A stretch of 44,487 nt of DNA from a virus: the IMG/VR virus record IMGVR_UViG_3300029784_000011, positions 1 to 44,487 of that record, one strand, 5' to 3'. Below are positions 14,104 to 21,482 of the stretch, in pieces. The notes beneath the pieces were generated by a model. The model had not been told where the DNA came from. It searched no databases and saw nothing but the letters and a program-made list of their open reading frames with translations. Made by a program: the position numbers and the translations under genes. Every line of letters begins with the position of its first letter. The first letter of the stretch is position 1.

Positions 14104-14655
14104 TTAGTCTTCGTTTAGCGCGTTCCATACCTCATATTCTTCATATTCGGTATAAGGTTTTTTGGTATACGCTTCTGCACCTTCTCCGATAATGTCGGAA
14201 TATGGAATGCTAACCCCATACACGCGGAAGGTGCCGCACACGTCCCGGCGGTAGTCGCGTTTGTCGCTCTCAAACAGGTGACGCCACTCTTTTTCTGCGG
14301 CTCTCACGGCTTCGTCTTTATCCGTGTACAACGTGATTTCTCCAGTGCCTCCCTCGTCGGTGTACTCCTCGAATACATACAGGTGCATTTCGTGGCGGTC
14401 GCTGTCAATGATGTAGTTTTCATCATTGCTATAATATTCGATCTCTCGCTCCCGCTCTTCCTCGTCCACATCCAAGGCATAGACACATTCAAGAATGTAA
14501 TCCTTCGCCAACTCAATGGCTTCATCTTCGGAATTGGCGAACACTTCGCTCAGTTCCTCAATGGAATCGTCCCACATTCCGTTTTTTGCGTCCCACACTG
14601 CCACCGGGTATGGTATGCCCTCCATTTTCTTTCCGTTCTCAATGATAGTTTCCAT
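14104..14655 (-). CDS. Highly acidic hypothetical protein (183 aa); candidate anti-defence / DNA-mimic
   Basis: Very rich in D/E (DVDEEEREREIEYYSNDENY..., TEYEEYEVWNALNED). Start moved to ATG 14655, which has AAGGGAG upstream. Co-transcribed with ardA. Confidence 0.6.
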   Translation of the reverse strand: METIIENGKKMEGIPYPVAVWDAKNGMWDDSIEELSEVFANSEDEAIELAKDYILECVYALDVDEEEREREIEYYSNDENYIIDSDRHEMHLYVFEEYTDEGGTGEITLYTDKDEAVRAAEKEWRHLFESDKRDYRRDVCGTFRVYGVSIPYSDIIGEGAEAYTKKPYTEYEEYEVWNALNED

Positions 14656-14771
14656 TTTTGGGTCTCCCTTCATTTAATACGATTTTCGTTTTCCGTGCTC
14701 TGCGTTTTCCCTGGCTTGCAACAGGCTTTAGGCCGCATTACGGGCGGGGGCTTGCGCCCCCTATTCGACTA

Positions 14772-15281
14772 CTAGCGCGCTACGTACAACACACCGCCGT
14801 TGATTTCGCTATACCCATCAAATGACAGCTCACGCCCTACGCCTTCCCAGTCGATGTGGCAGCTAATCCACTCAGGGAGTTCAGCCGTCGGCATGTATCC
14901 GCAGTCATAGCACAGCTCCTGCGCATAGTCCGCCAGTGTCGTATCGGCGATGAAATAAGAGTCATCCCAAGCGCTTTCGATGTCGTCCAGGTTGTCGCAG
15001 TATTCCGCCATGGCTTCCAGCTTGTCCGCGTCGTCGTCTTCCAGTCTCTCGATGCGTTCCGCGATGTCGTTTAACCCGTAGACACTGCACCAGTTGGAGT
15101 CTACGAGACCATAGAAGCCTTCCAGGTCAACTATAACATAGTCGTGAAGCCCGTAAGTGGTGGCGCGGTCCTGGATGTTGTCGAGTTCGAATTCAGAATG
15201 CGGGAACGCAGTTGCGAACTCGTCTCCATTGTACAGGTTGCGGATGGTTGCGGTTTTCTCGTTGCTTGTGTAGTTTCTCAT
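14772..15281 (-). CDS. ardA: ArdA-type antirestriction protein
   Basis: 169 aa, strongly acidic. The C-terminal ...ADYAQELCYDCGYMP...WISCHIDWEGVGRELSFDGYSEINGGVLYV resembles the conserved ArdA C-terminal region (..Y.D...fGRDL....y......g.y.f.). GAGG RBS. Confidence 0.75.
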   Translation of the reverse strand: MRNYTSNEKTATIRNLYNGDEFATAFPHSEFELDNIQDRATTYGLHDYVIVDLEGFYGLVDSNWCSVYGLNDIAERIERLEDDDADKLEAMAEYCDNLDDIESAWDDSYFIADTTLADYAQELCYDCGYMPTAELPEWISCHIDWEGVGRELSFDGYSEINGGVLYVAR

Positions 15282-15300
15282 TGTGTTTACCTCACTTTTC

Positions 15301-15337
15301 TTTAGTTAATTAATATTGGTTTGTTGTCTTTGGGTCT
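15301..15337. repeat. Right copy of the imperfect direct repeat (within the ardA 5' leader)
   Basis: See 13821-13855. Lies between the ardA promoter and RBS. Confidence 0.7.
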
Positions 15338-15354
15338 CTCCCTTTGACAACTAT

Positions 15355-15383
15355 ATAATACCATAACGGTGTCACCGTGTCAA
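15355..15383 (-). promoter_or_regulatory. Strong sigma-70-type promoter of the ardA cassette with a palindrome in the spacer
   Basis: Minus-strand TTGACA (15378-15383), 17-nt spacer, TATTAT (15355-15360). The spacer contains the palindrome CGGTGTCACCG (15367-15377), a candidate operator. Confidence 0.7.
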
Positions 15384-15579
15384 CAACTTTTTTATATTTT
15401 TCTTCACTTTTTTAAAAGAACTGATGTTCTCTTTTTAAATTTGGATTGTATACAATTTTGAATGAAAAACATTTGTTCGCGCGTTTCTGTTACGTTGCGC
15501 CCGCGTTCGAATGTGGGCGACTGCACCCCGCGCGCGTGTGTAGAATCGTAACAACGACAAAAACCGGAAAGGGGGAAAA

Positions 15580-16257
15580 ATGAAGGAAAAGAAAATTCCG
15601 GAAAATTCGGAAAAGAAGAAAAAAAGCTTTCCGGACTGGGGCGCCATCCGGAACGACTACATAACCGGCAACGAATCGCCGAAGGAGTGCGCCCGGCGGC
15701 ATGGAGTAAACTATAGGACGTTAGGGAATCATCTATACCGGGAACGATGGAACGACCAGCGCGCCGCCTATCGTGGGGCGGTGACAGAAAAGGCGGTTGA
15801 GACCGCGAAGAACTGCACCGCCTACCGCGTTGCGTCCGAACTGGTGGGACTATCCTACGTGGTGGACGCGTTGGAACGTGAGACGCGTAAAGCGTTGGAA
15901 GACGGCGACCAACTGCACCGCTATCTAGTGCAATCGACCACACGCCACAAGGACGGAACAACCGAAACCGCCTACAAGGACATCACCAGCGACAAAGTGG
16001 ACACGCGCGCACTGCGAGACCTGACCGACAGCGTCAAGACGTTGGAGGCGCTGAAGCGATCGTTACACGGCTTAGAGACCGCACAGGAGCGCCACCGTAA
16101 GCAAATAGAGACGGAGCGTCTGGCGCTGGAGCGTGAGCGGTTGCAATTAGAAAAGGAGCGGCTAGAGCTGACGAAGAAGCGAGAGGAAAGAGACGCGGAG
16201 GGCGTGAAGGGCGTTCAAATCGTTGTCGGGGGGTACTGCGATGAATACAGCGAATAA
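15580..16257 (+). CDS. terS: Terminase small subunit
   Basis: N-terminal HTH region DWGAIRNDYITGNESPKECARRHGVNYRTLGNHLYRERW, C-terminal coiled coil. Immediately precedes and overlaps terL. Confidence 0.75.
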   Translation: MKEKKIPENSEKKKKSFPDWGAIRNDYITGNESPKECARRHGVNYRTLGNHLYRERWNDQRAAYRGAVTEKAVETAKNCTAYRVASELVGLSYVVDALERETRKALEDGDQLHRYLVQSTTRHKDGTTETAYKDITSDKVDTRALRDLTDSVKTLEALKRSLHGLETAQERHRKQIETERLALERERLQLEKERLELTKKREERDAEGVKGVQIVVGGYCDEYSE

Positions 16258-17680
16258 TAGACGCCTGCAAACGGTGCAACTTGGCACGCCATCACCGAAG
16301 CAAGACATGTTCCTCCGCTGTCATTGTAAATACATTGGCTACGGCGGCGCCCGTGGCGGTGGTAAGTCCTGGGCGGTGAGAGTCAAAGCAATCTTGCTGG
16401 CGCAACGCTTCCCCGGAATCCATATGTTGATAGTCCGCCGAACCTATAAAGAGTTGGAAGGAAACCACATTAGGACGCTGAGAGCAATGACGCGGGACTT
16501 TGCCGCCTATAACAGCACTGAGAAGCTACTCACGTTCTCCAACGGGTCAATGATTGAGTTCATGTATTGCGCCCGTGATGCAGACCTTGACAAGCTTCAG
16601 GGATTGGAGTATGACGTTATCTTTTTGGACGAAGCCACACAGCTCAGCGAGTACCAAATGAGAACGATAACCGCAACCCTCCGAGGTGTCAACGACTTCC
16701 CGAAGCGCGTCTATTACACGTGCAACCCCGGAGGACAGGGACACCAGTATATTAAGCGCTTATTCATAGACAAACATTACAAGCCCGGTGAGAATCCGGA
16801 GGAATACGCATTTATACAGGCGCTTGTGGATGACAATACAGCCCTAATGGAGTCGCAGCCGGACTACCTAGCACAGCTTGAAGCGCTTCCAAAGGCTTTG
16901 CGTGAGGCTTGGAGGTATGGACGTTGGGACGTGTTCGCCGGGCAAGTGTTCACCGAATTCACGGACGCACCGGAACACTACGCCGACAAACGCTATACAC
17001 ACGTCATTGAGCCTTTCCCGATTCCGATAGGGTGGAACATCTACCGCGGTTTTGACTGGGGATATTCGAAGCCGTTTTCTGTTGGGTGGTATGCCGTGGC
17101 ACCATCGGGCAGAATGTACCGATTCGCTGAACTGTACGGCTGTACCGGTGAGCCTAATGAGGGTGTTCAATGGACTGTTGACCATGTAGCCGAAGAAATC
17201 CGCCGCATGGAAGAAGAACACCCGTATATGAAGGGGCGCCACGTGTTCGGAATAGCCGACCCCGCAATATTCGCAGAGGACGGCGGGGAAAGTATCGCAG
17301 AGACGATGGAAAAGCACCGAGTGTATTTTGACCGGGGAGACCATCAACGCATACCAGGGAAAATGCAATGCCATTACCGATTAGCCTTTGATGATGACGG
17401 GCGACCGATGTTTTACGTCTTTAACACGTGCAAACACTTCATCAGGTGTATTCCGGCGCTGATGTATGACGAAACGAGAGTAGAGGACATTGACACATCA
17501 TTAGAAGACCATAACTACGACGAGTGGCGCTACGTGTGCATGGCTAGACCGATAGCACCAAGAGAAATGCACCACAAGAAAATCATTGACCCGAATAACA
17601 TTGACGACCCTCTGAACATGGTCAGAGACAAAGTAGAGGGACAGACTACAGACGATATATTAACGTTTTACGAGGTATAG
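16241..17680 (+). CDS. terL: Terminase large subunit
   Basis: Walker A GYGGARGGGKS, Walker B IFLDEATQ, nuclease-domain acidic residues. Start ATG 16241 (the track lists TTG 16223). Confidence 0.9.
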   Translation: MNTANNRRLQTVQLGTPSPKQDMFLRCHCKYIGYGGARGGGKSWAVRVKAILLAQRFPGIHMLIVRRTYKELEGNHIRTLRAMTRDFAAYNSTEKLLTFSNGSMIEFMYCARDADLDKLQGLEYDVIFLDEATQLSEYQMRTITATLRGVNDFPKRVYYTCNPGGQGHQYIKRLFIDKHYKPGENPEEYAFIQALVDDNTALMESQPDYLAQLEALPKALREAWRYGRWDVFAGQVFTEFTDAPEHYADKRYTHVIEPFPIPIGWNIYRGFDWGYSKPFSVGWYAVAPSGRMYRFAELYGCTGEPNEGVQWTVDHVAEEIRRMEEEHPYMKGRHVFGIADPAIFAEDGGESIAETMEKHRVYFDRGDHQRIPGKMQCHYRLAFDDDGRPMFYVFNTCKHFIRCIPALMYDETRVEDIDTSLEDHNYDEWRYVCMARPIAPREMHHKKIIDPNNIDDPLNMVRDKVEGQTTDDILTFYEV

Positions 17681-17683
17681 AGC

Positions 17684-19933
17684 ATGAAGAAAAACAAAGA
17701 GCTGCGGAAAGCAGAGACCGACAAGAAAAACAATCAGTTCGGACAGAAGGACGCAAAGGACGCAAAAAAGGACGCAAAAGCGGAGCAGAACGCACCCAAA
17801 GCAGAGCAGACACCGAACAGACAGCAGAGGGAGCAGAACAGACAGCAGAGGGAAAGTCAGCCGAAACCACGAGAGCAGAGACAGCAGACCGAACCGAGCA
17901 GACAGCCGAAGGAACAGCCCAACGGAGAACAGCAGAGGGAACAGAGACAGCCGAACGAGCAGAGGGAACAGCAGAACGGAGAGTATCGCCCCGAACGGTA
18001 CAGACCGAAAGAGAACAAAGAACAGACTGAACAACAGCAGAGCGCACCGACTGAACCGCACTTCACACCCGACAAGGTGTCGGAGGTGCTTCAGATTCTG
18101 CACGAGTACAAAGACGGGAAAACAACCGTCGACATGAAAGCAACCGAGAATCAGGAATGGTGGAGGCTCAGACATTGGAACGTCATTCAGGGCAAGACGG
18201 AAGCGGGCAAAGCAAAGGTAGAGGTCGGCTCAGCGTGGGCGGTAAACTCTATTCTGAACAAACACGCCGACTTTATGGACTCATTCCCGAAAGCTAATGT
18301 GTTAGCACGTGAAGCAGACGACGAGGAAGAAGCTCAGATTCTTTCAAAGATTCTCCCGGCAATCGAAGAACACACGGACGCGGAACAGGTGTACAATGCC
18401 GCCGGTTATGACTTCCTGATAGATGGCACGGCGATAACGTCCGTACTATGGGACCCGATGGCACACGACGGAATGGGCGACATCAAGAAAACCAATGTGG
18501 ATATTCATAATGTATTTTGGCAACCGGGAATAGAAGACATTCAGCAGTCAAAATACTTCTTTGATGTTTCCGTGGCTGATGTGAACGACGTGAAACTACA
18601 GTACCCCGATATAGCGGAGAAGATAGGCGGAGGAAAACAGGGCTTCATTACCGAGTACATTCACGATGATAATATTAACCATCAGAACGACATTGAGATT
18701 ATTAATTGCTACTACAAGAAGTTGGAAATGAGACCAGTTCTCATTAACATTGACCCTCAGACGGTAGCGCAACACCTTGTACCCCGTGAGATTCTGCACA
18801 TGGCTATTATCATCGGTGACCAGTGCGTTTTCTGTTCAGAGGATAACCCGGAGTACCAGGACGGCTTTTATAAGCATGGAAAATACCCGTATGTATTCCG
18901 TAAGTGCTTCCCGGTCAAGGATAGTCCTTGTGGCTTCGGTTATCTCGATATTATGAAGTACCCACAGCGGGACATTGACAAGTTAGACCAGGCAATCATG
19001 AAAAACACCATGATGAAAGCTAAACCTCGTTGGTGGGTGAAGAAGAACGCGGACATCAACAAAGAAGCCTTTGCGGATTGGAATGAAGAGATTGTAGAAG
19101 TCGGTTCAGGCGACCTTGGGTCAGCAGTACAGCAAATGGACGTTGACACGCTCCCGGCAATCGTTGAAACTCACTTGGAAGCGAAAATAGACGAGCTGAA
19201 AGAGATTTCCGGAAACAGAGACTTCTCACAGGGTTCTACCGCTTCCGGTGTAACGGCGGCGAGTGCAATAGCAGCTCTTCAGGAAGCGGGAAGCAAATTA
19301 TCGAGAGACATTAACAAAGCGATGTACCGAGGTTCGAGAGAAGAGTATTATCTTGAAATTGAACTGATTCGGCAGTTCTACACCGAACCGAGAACATTCC
19401 GTATTGATGATGGATCGGGTCGTTATGAATACATGGACTATTCCAACGTGAACATTGCACCTCAGGACATAACAACACCCGAAGGAACACGTCACAAGAA
19501 GAGTATTTTTGACTTGGAAGTGTCCGCCGAAAAGCAGAGTCCGTTCTCAAGAGCTTCACAGAATGAGACGGCGAAAGAGCTTTATCAGATGGGACTGTTT
19601 GCACCTGATAACGCAACGTCCGCACTTGTTTGTCTCGACATGATGGAATTCGAGGGCAAAGAGAAGATTAAACAGCAGATTCAGCAGAACGATACATTTA
19701 TGCAGCAGTTCCAGCAAATGCAACAGCTTATTATTCAGCTCTCACCGGAAGCGGCTGTACAGATGGGACTAGTAGACCCGAACCAGGTTATGATGGCTCA
19801 GAACGCAAATAACGGCGCTCCAGGGGTATCTGAGGAAGGGTCGGCAGAAGACAGAGCGGCGAAGAAGACAACGAACACCGACAGACTGGACAGAGCGAGA
19901 GAAAAAGCTCGTAGCGCCTCGGAGGTGAAGTAG
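17684..19933 (+). CDS. Portal protein with an N-terminal K/Q/E/R low-complexity extension of about 130 aa
   Basis: 749 aa directly after terL. Size and position are typical of a portal. The N-terminus is repetitive (QQREQNRQQRE...). The portal call rests on synteny and size. Confidence 0.75.
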   Translation: MKKNKELRKAETDKKNNQFGQKDAKDAKKDAKAEQNAPKAEQTPNRQQREQNRQQRESQPKPREQRQQTEPSRQPKEQPNGEQQREQRQPNEQREQQNGEYRPERYRPKENKEQTEQQQSAPTEPHFTPDKVSEVLQILHEYKDGKTTVDMKATENQEWWRLRHWNVIQGKTEAGKAKVEVGSAWAVNSILNKHADFMDSFPKANVLAREADDEEEAQILSKILPAIEEHTDAEQVYNAAGYDFLIDGTAITSVLWDPMAHDGMGDIKKTNVDIHNVFWQPGIEDIQQSKYFFDVSVADVNDVKLQYPDIAEKIGGGKQGFITEYIHDDNINHQNDIEIINCYYKKLEMRPVLINIDPQTVAQHLVPREILHMAIIIGDQCVFCSEDNPEYQDGFYKHGKYPYVFRKCFPVKDSPCGFGYLDIMKYPQRDIDKLDQAIMKNTMMKAKPRWWVKKNADINKEAFADWNEEIVEVGSGDLGSAVQQMDVDTLPAIVETHLEAKIDELKEISGNRDFSQGSTASGVTAASAIAALQEAGSKLSRDINKAMYRGSREEYYLEIELIRQFYTEPRTFRIDDGSGRYEYMDYSNVNIAPQDITTPEGTRHKKSIFDLEVSAEKQSPFSRASQNETAKELYQMGLFAPDNATSALVCLDMMEFEGKEKIKQQIQQNDTFMQQFQQMQQLIIQLSPEAAVQMGLVDPNQVMMAQNANNGAPGVSEEGSAEDRAAKKTTNTDRLDRAREKARSASEVK

Positions 19934-19934
19934 T

Positions 19935-20231
19935 ATGACGACCGTAAAAATGACCGTATCGGAAAATGATATTTTCTTTGAATGCGTGAATCATGCGAAC
20001 ACCCATGACGAGTGTATCATGTACTCGACTCTATGCAACGTGCTTGTGAGCGCCGTTTTACCGCATGGAATTGTGCCGAAGGTATATGAGCCCGGACACG
20101 TCATTATCGTGGCTCACAAGTACACTGAGAGCGTTTTAGCGGTATTCCATGCAGTGTGGGCGACCTTTGTAGAACTTCGGTCTCAATACAACGGTGTAAA
20201 ATTAATCGGGGTAGACGACTTTAATTCCTGA
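19935..20231 (+). CDS. Prp-like cysteine protease (DUF464 family)
   Basis: 98 aa. MTTVKMTVSEND..., a His/Cys region NHANTHDECIMYSTLCNVL, and C-terminal ...ELRSQYNGVKLI parallel the ribosomal-processing protease Prp. Located between portal and scaffold. Confidence 0.55.
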   Translation: MTTVKMTVSENDIFFECVNHANTHDECIMYSTLCNVLVSAVLPHGIVPKVYEPGHVIIVAHKYTESVLAVFHAVWATFVELRSQYNGVKLIGVDDFNS

Positions 20232-20258
20232 GACAAGGGATAATCCAAATGTTATAAT
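20230..20258 (+). promoter_or_regulatory. Promoter (GAGACA, 17 nt, TGtTATAAT)
   Basis: -35-like GAGACA 20230-20235. Extended -10 TGTTATAAT 20250-20258. Confidence 0.45.
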
Positions 20259-20351
20259 AGAGCTGTAAGTTAGTTCTATACAGATAGATTCACCCATTAA
20301 CTTGCGACCTGATTTTTTCATAATTCCAACATAACCTTAAATTCATCGGGA

Positions 20352-20384
20352 AAGCCTCAGTCTTAACGGACTGAGGCTTTTTTC
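20352..20384 (+). terminator. Strong rho-independent terminator
   Basis: 11-bp perfect stem AAGCCTCAGTC / GACTGAGGCTT, 6-nt loop, then a T-run to 20384. Confidence 0.85.
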
Positions 20385-20476
20385 GTGGGGGAGAGATATG
20401 AAAGAGCGTTATATAAAATAGCATTGTCAGAAATAAAGAGTTCGTCGCTCTATAAAAGACAGAAAGGAAATAAAGT

Positions 20477-21430
20477 ATGACAAAATTCAAATTTAACTGG
20501 TCTCTTTTTGACGGAGAAGGTGGAGAAGGCAACGCTTCATCCGGAAGTCAGAGCGGACTGGGAGCAGAAGCAGACAAATTCCTCGCTTCACTTGGCGGTG
20601 AGGAGCGGACTGATAACAACGATACTACGGAGTCACCGGAAGTTGCATACGGATTAGACACGGAGGAATCGGATAACAGCGCGTCTGGGTCTGAAAGCCA
20701 GGAAGAAATTAGCCCCGAAGAAGAGTTTGCGGAGCTTGTCGGAAAGAACGGCAGATTCCATGAACTTTACGGCAAAGCGGTATCAGACGCTATCAACAAC
20801 AGATTCAAGAATCAATCCAGTGCACAGGAGAGAGTTGACAGCTACGAGGACGCATTAGCGCCGATTATGAGACATTACGGACTCGAAAGGGGCGATATCG
20901 AGGGATTAACCGAAGCCATTAACAGTGATGATGATTGGATTGAGGACGCCGCCCGTGAGAAGGGTATCACTCCCGACCAATACAGAGAGAATCTGCGGCT
21001 ACAAGAAGAGCTGGAAAAGAACCAGCGTGCTTTGTCCGAGTACAAGGCAGAGGCAGAGAAAGCGGAAAGAATGACCGCATGGAATGCGGAGGCTGACGAG
21101 CTTAGAGAATCATTCCCAAACTTTGACCTTGAGCAAGAAATGAGCTACAACCCGAAGTTTACGGACTTAATCGAGAATGGCATTTCTGTTATCGATGCCT
21201 TTGTAGCGACACACACACAAGACATTCTGAAAGGACTCACAGAAGAGTCTACAAGAAGTGCAAAACAGGATGTAGTGAATCAGATTCAACAGAGACAATC
21301 ACGACCTGCTGAAAATGGTCTAAAGCACCAACCGGCAGTAGCAAGAAAGGTAAATCCTTCAGAGTTCACGAATGATGATATGGACAAGATTCTGAAGGAA
21401 GTAGAGAGTGGTAAAACATTCTCGTTCTAA
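20477..21430 (+). CDS. Scaffolding protein
   Basis: 317 aa, acidic, helical/coiled-coil composition, immediately upstream of the major capsid gene. N-terminal leader MTKFKFNWSLFD. Confidence 0.65.
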   Translation: MTKFKFNWSLFDGEGGEGNASSGSQSGLGAEADKFLASLGGEERTDNNDTTESPEVAYGLDTEESDNSASGSESQEEISPEEEFAELVGKNGRFHELYGKAVSDAINNRFKNQSSAQERVDSYEDALAPIMRHYGLERGDIEGLTEAINSDDDWIEDAAREKGITPDQYRENLRLQEELEKNQRALSEYKAEAEKAERMTAWNAEADELRESFPNFDLEQEMSYNPKFTDLIENGISVIDAFVATHTQDILKGLTEESTRSAKQDVVNQIQQRQSRPAENGLKHQPAVARKVNPSEFTNDDMDKILKEVESGKTFSF

Positions 21431-21482
21431 AGCTCTCTTGTCTGTATCGAGATATACAAGAATACAGAAGGAGCAAAAGAAT

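Noticed and set aside
15441-15456. Shared 11-mer TTGGATTGTAT (15441-15451 and 43578-43588) and the 12-bp palindrome ATTGTATACAAT (15445-15456) as operators of a common regulator
   Set aside because: In a 44-kb genome hundreds of chance 11-mer pairs and roughly ten perfect 12-bp palindromes are expected. Location in intergenic DNA alone is not sufficient evidence.
15404-18175. Minus-strand ORFs in the terminase/portal region (15404-15961, 16868-17374, 17646-18047, 17660-18175)
   Set aside because: They are Arg/Pro/Ser/Cys-rich shadow ORFs, typical of the antisense strand of G+C-rich or repeat-rich coding DNA. They overlap terS, terL and portal, which have clear motifs.
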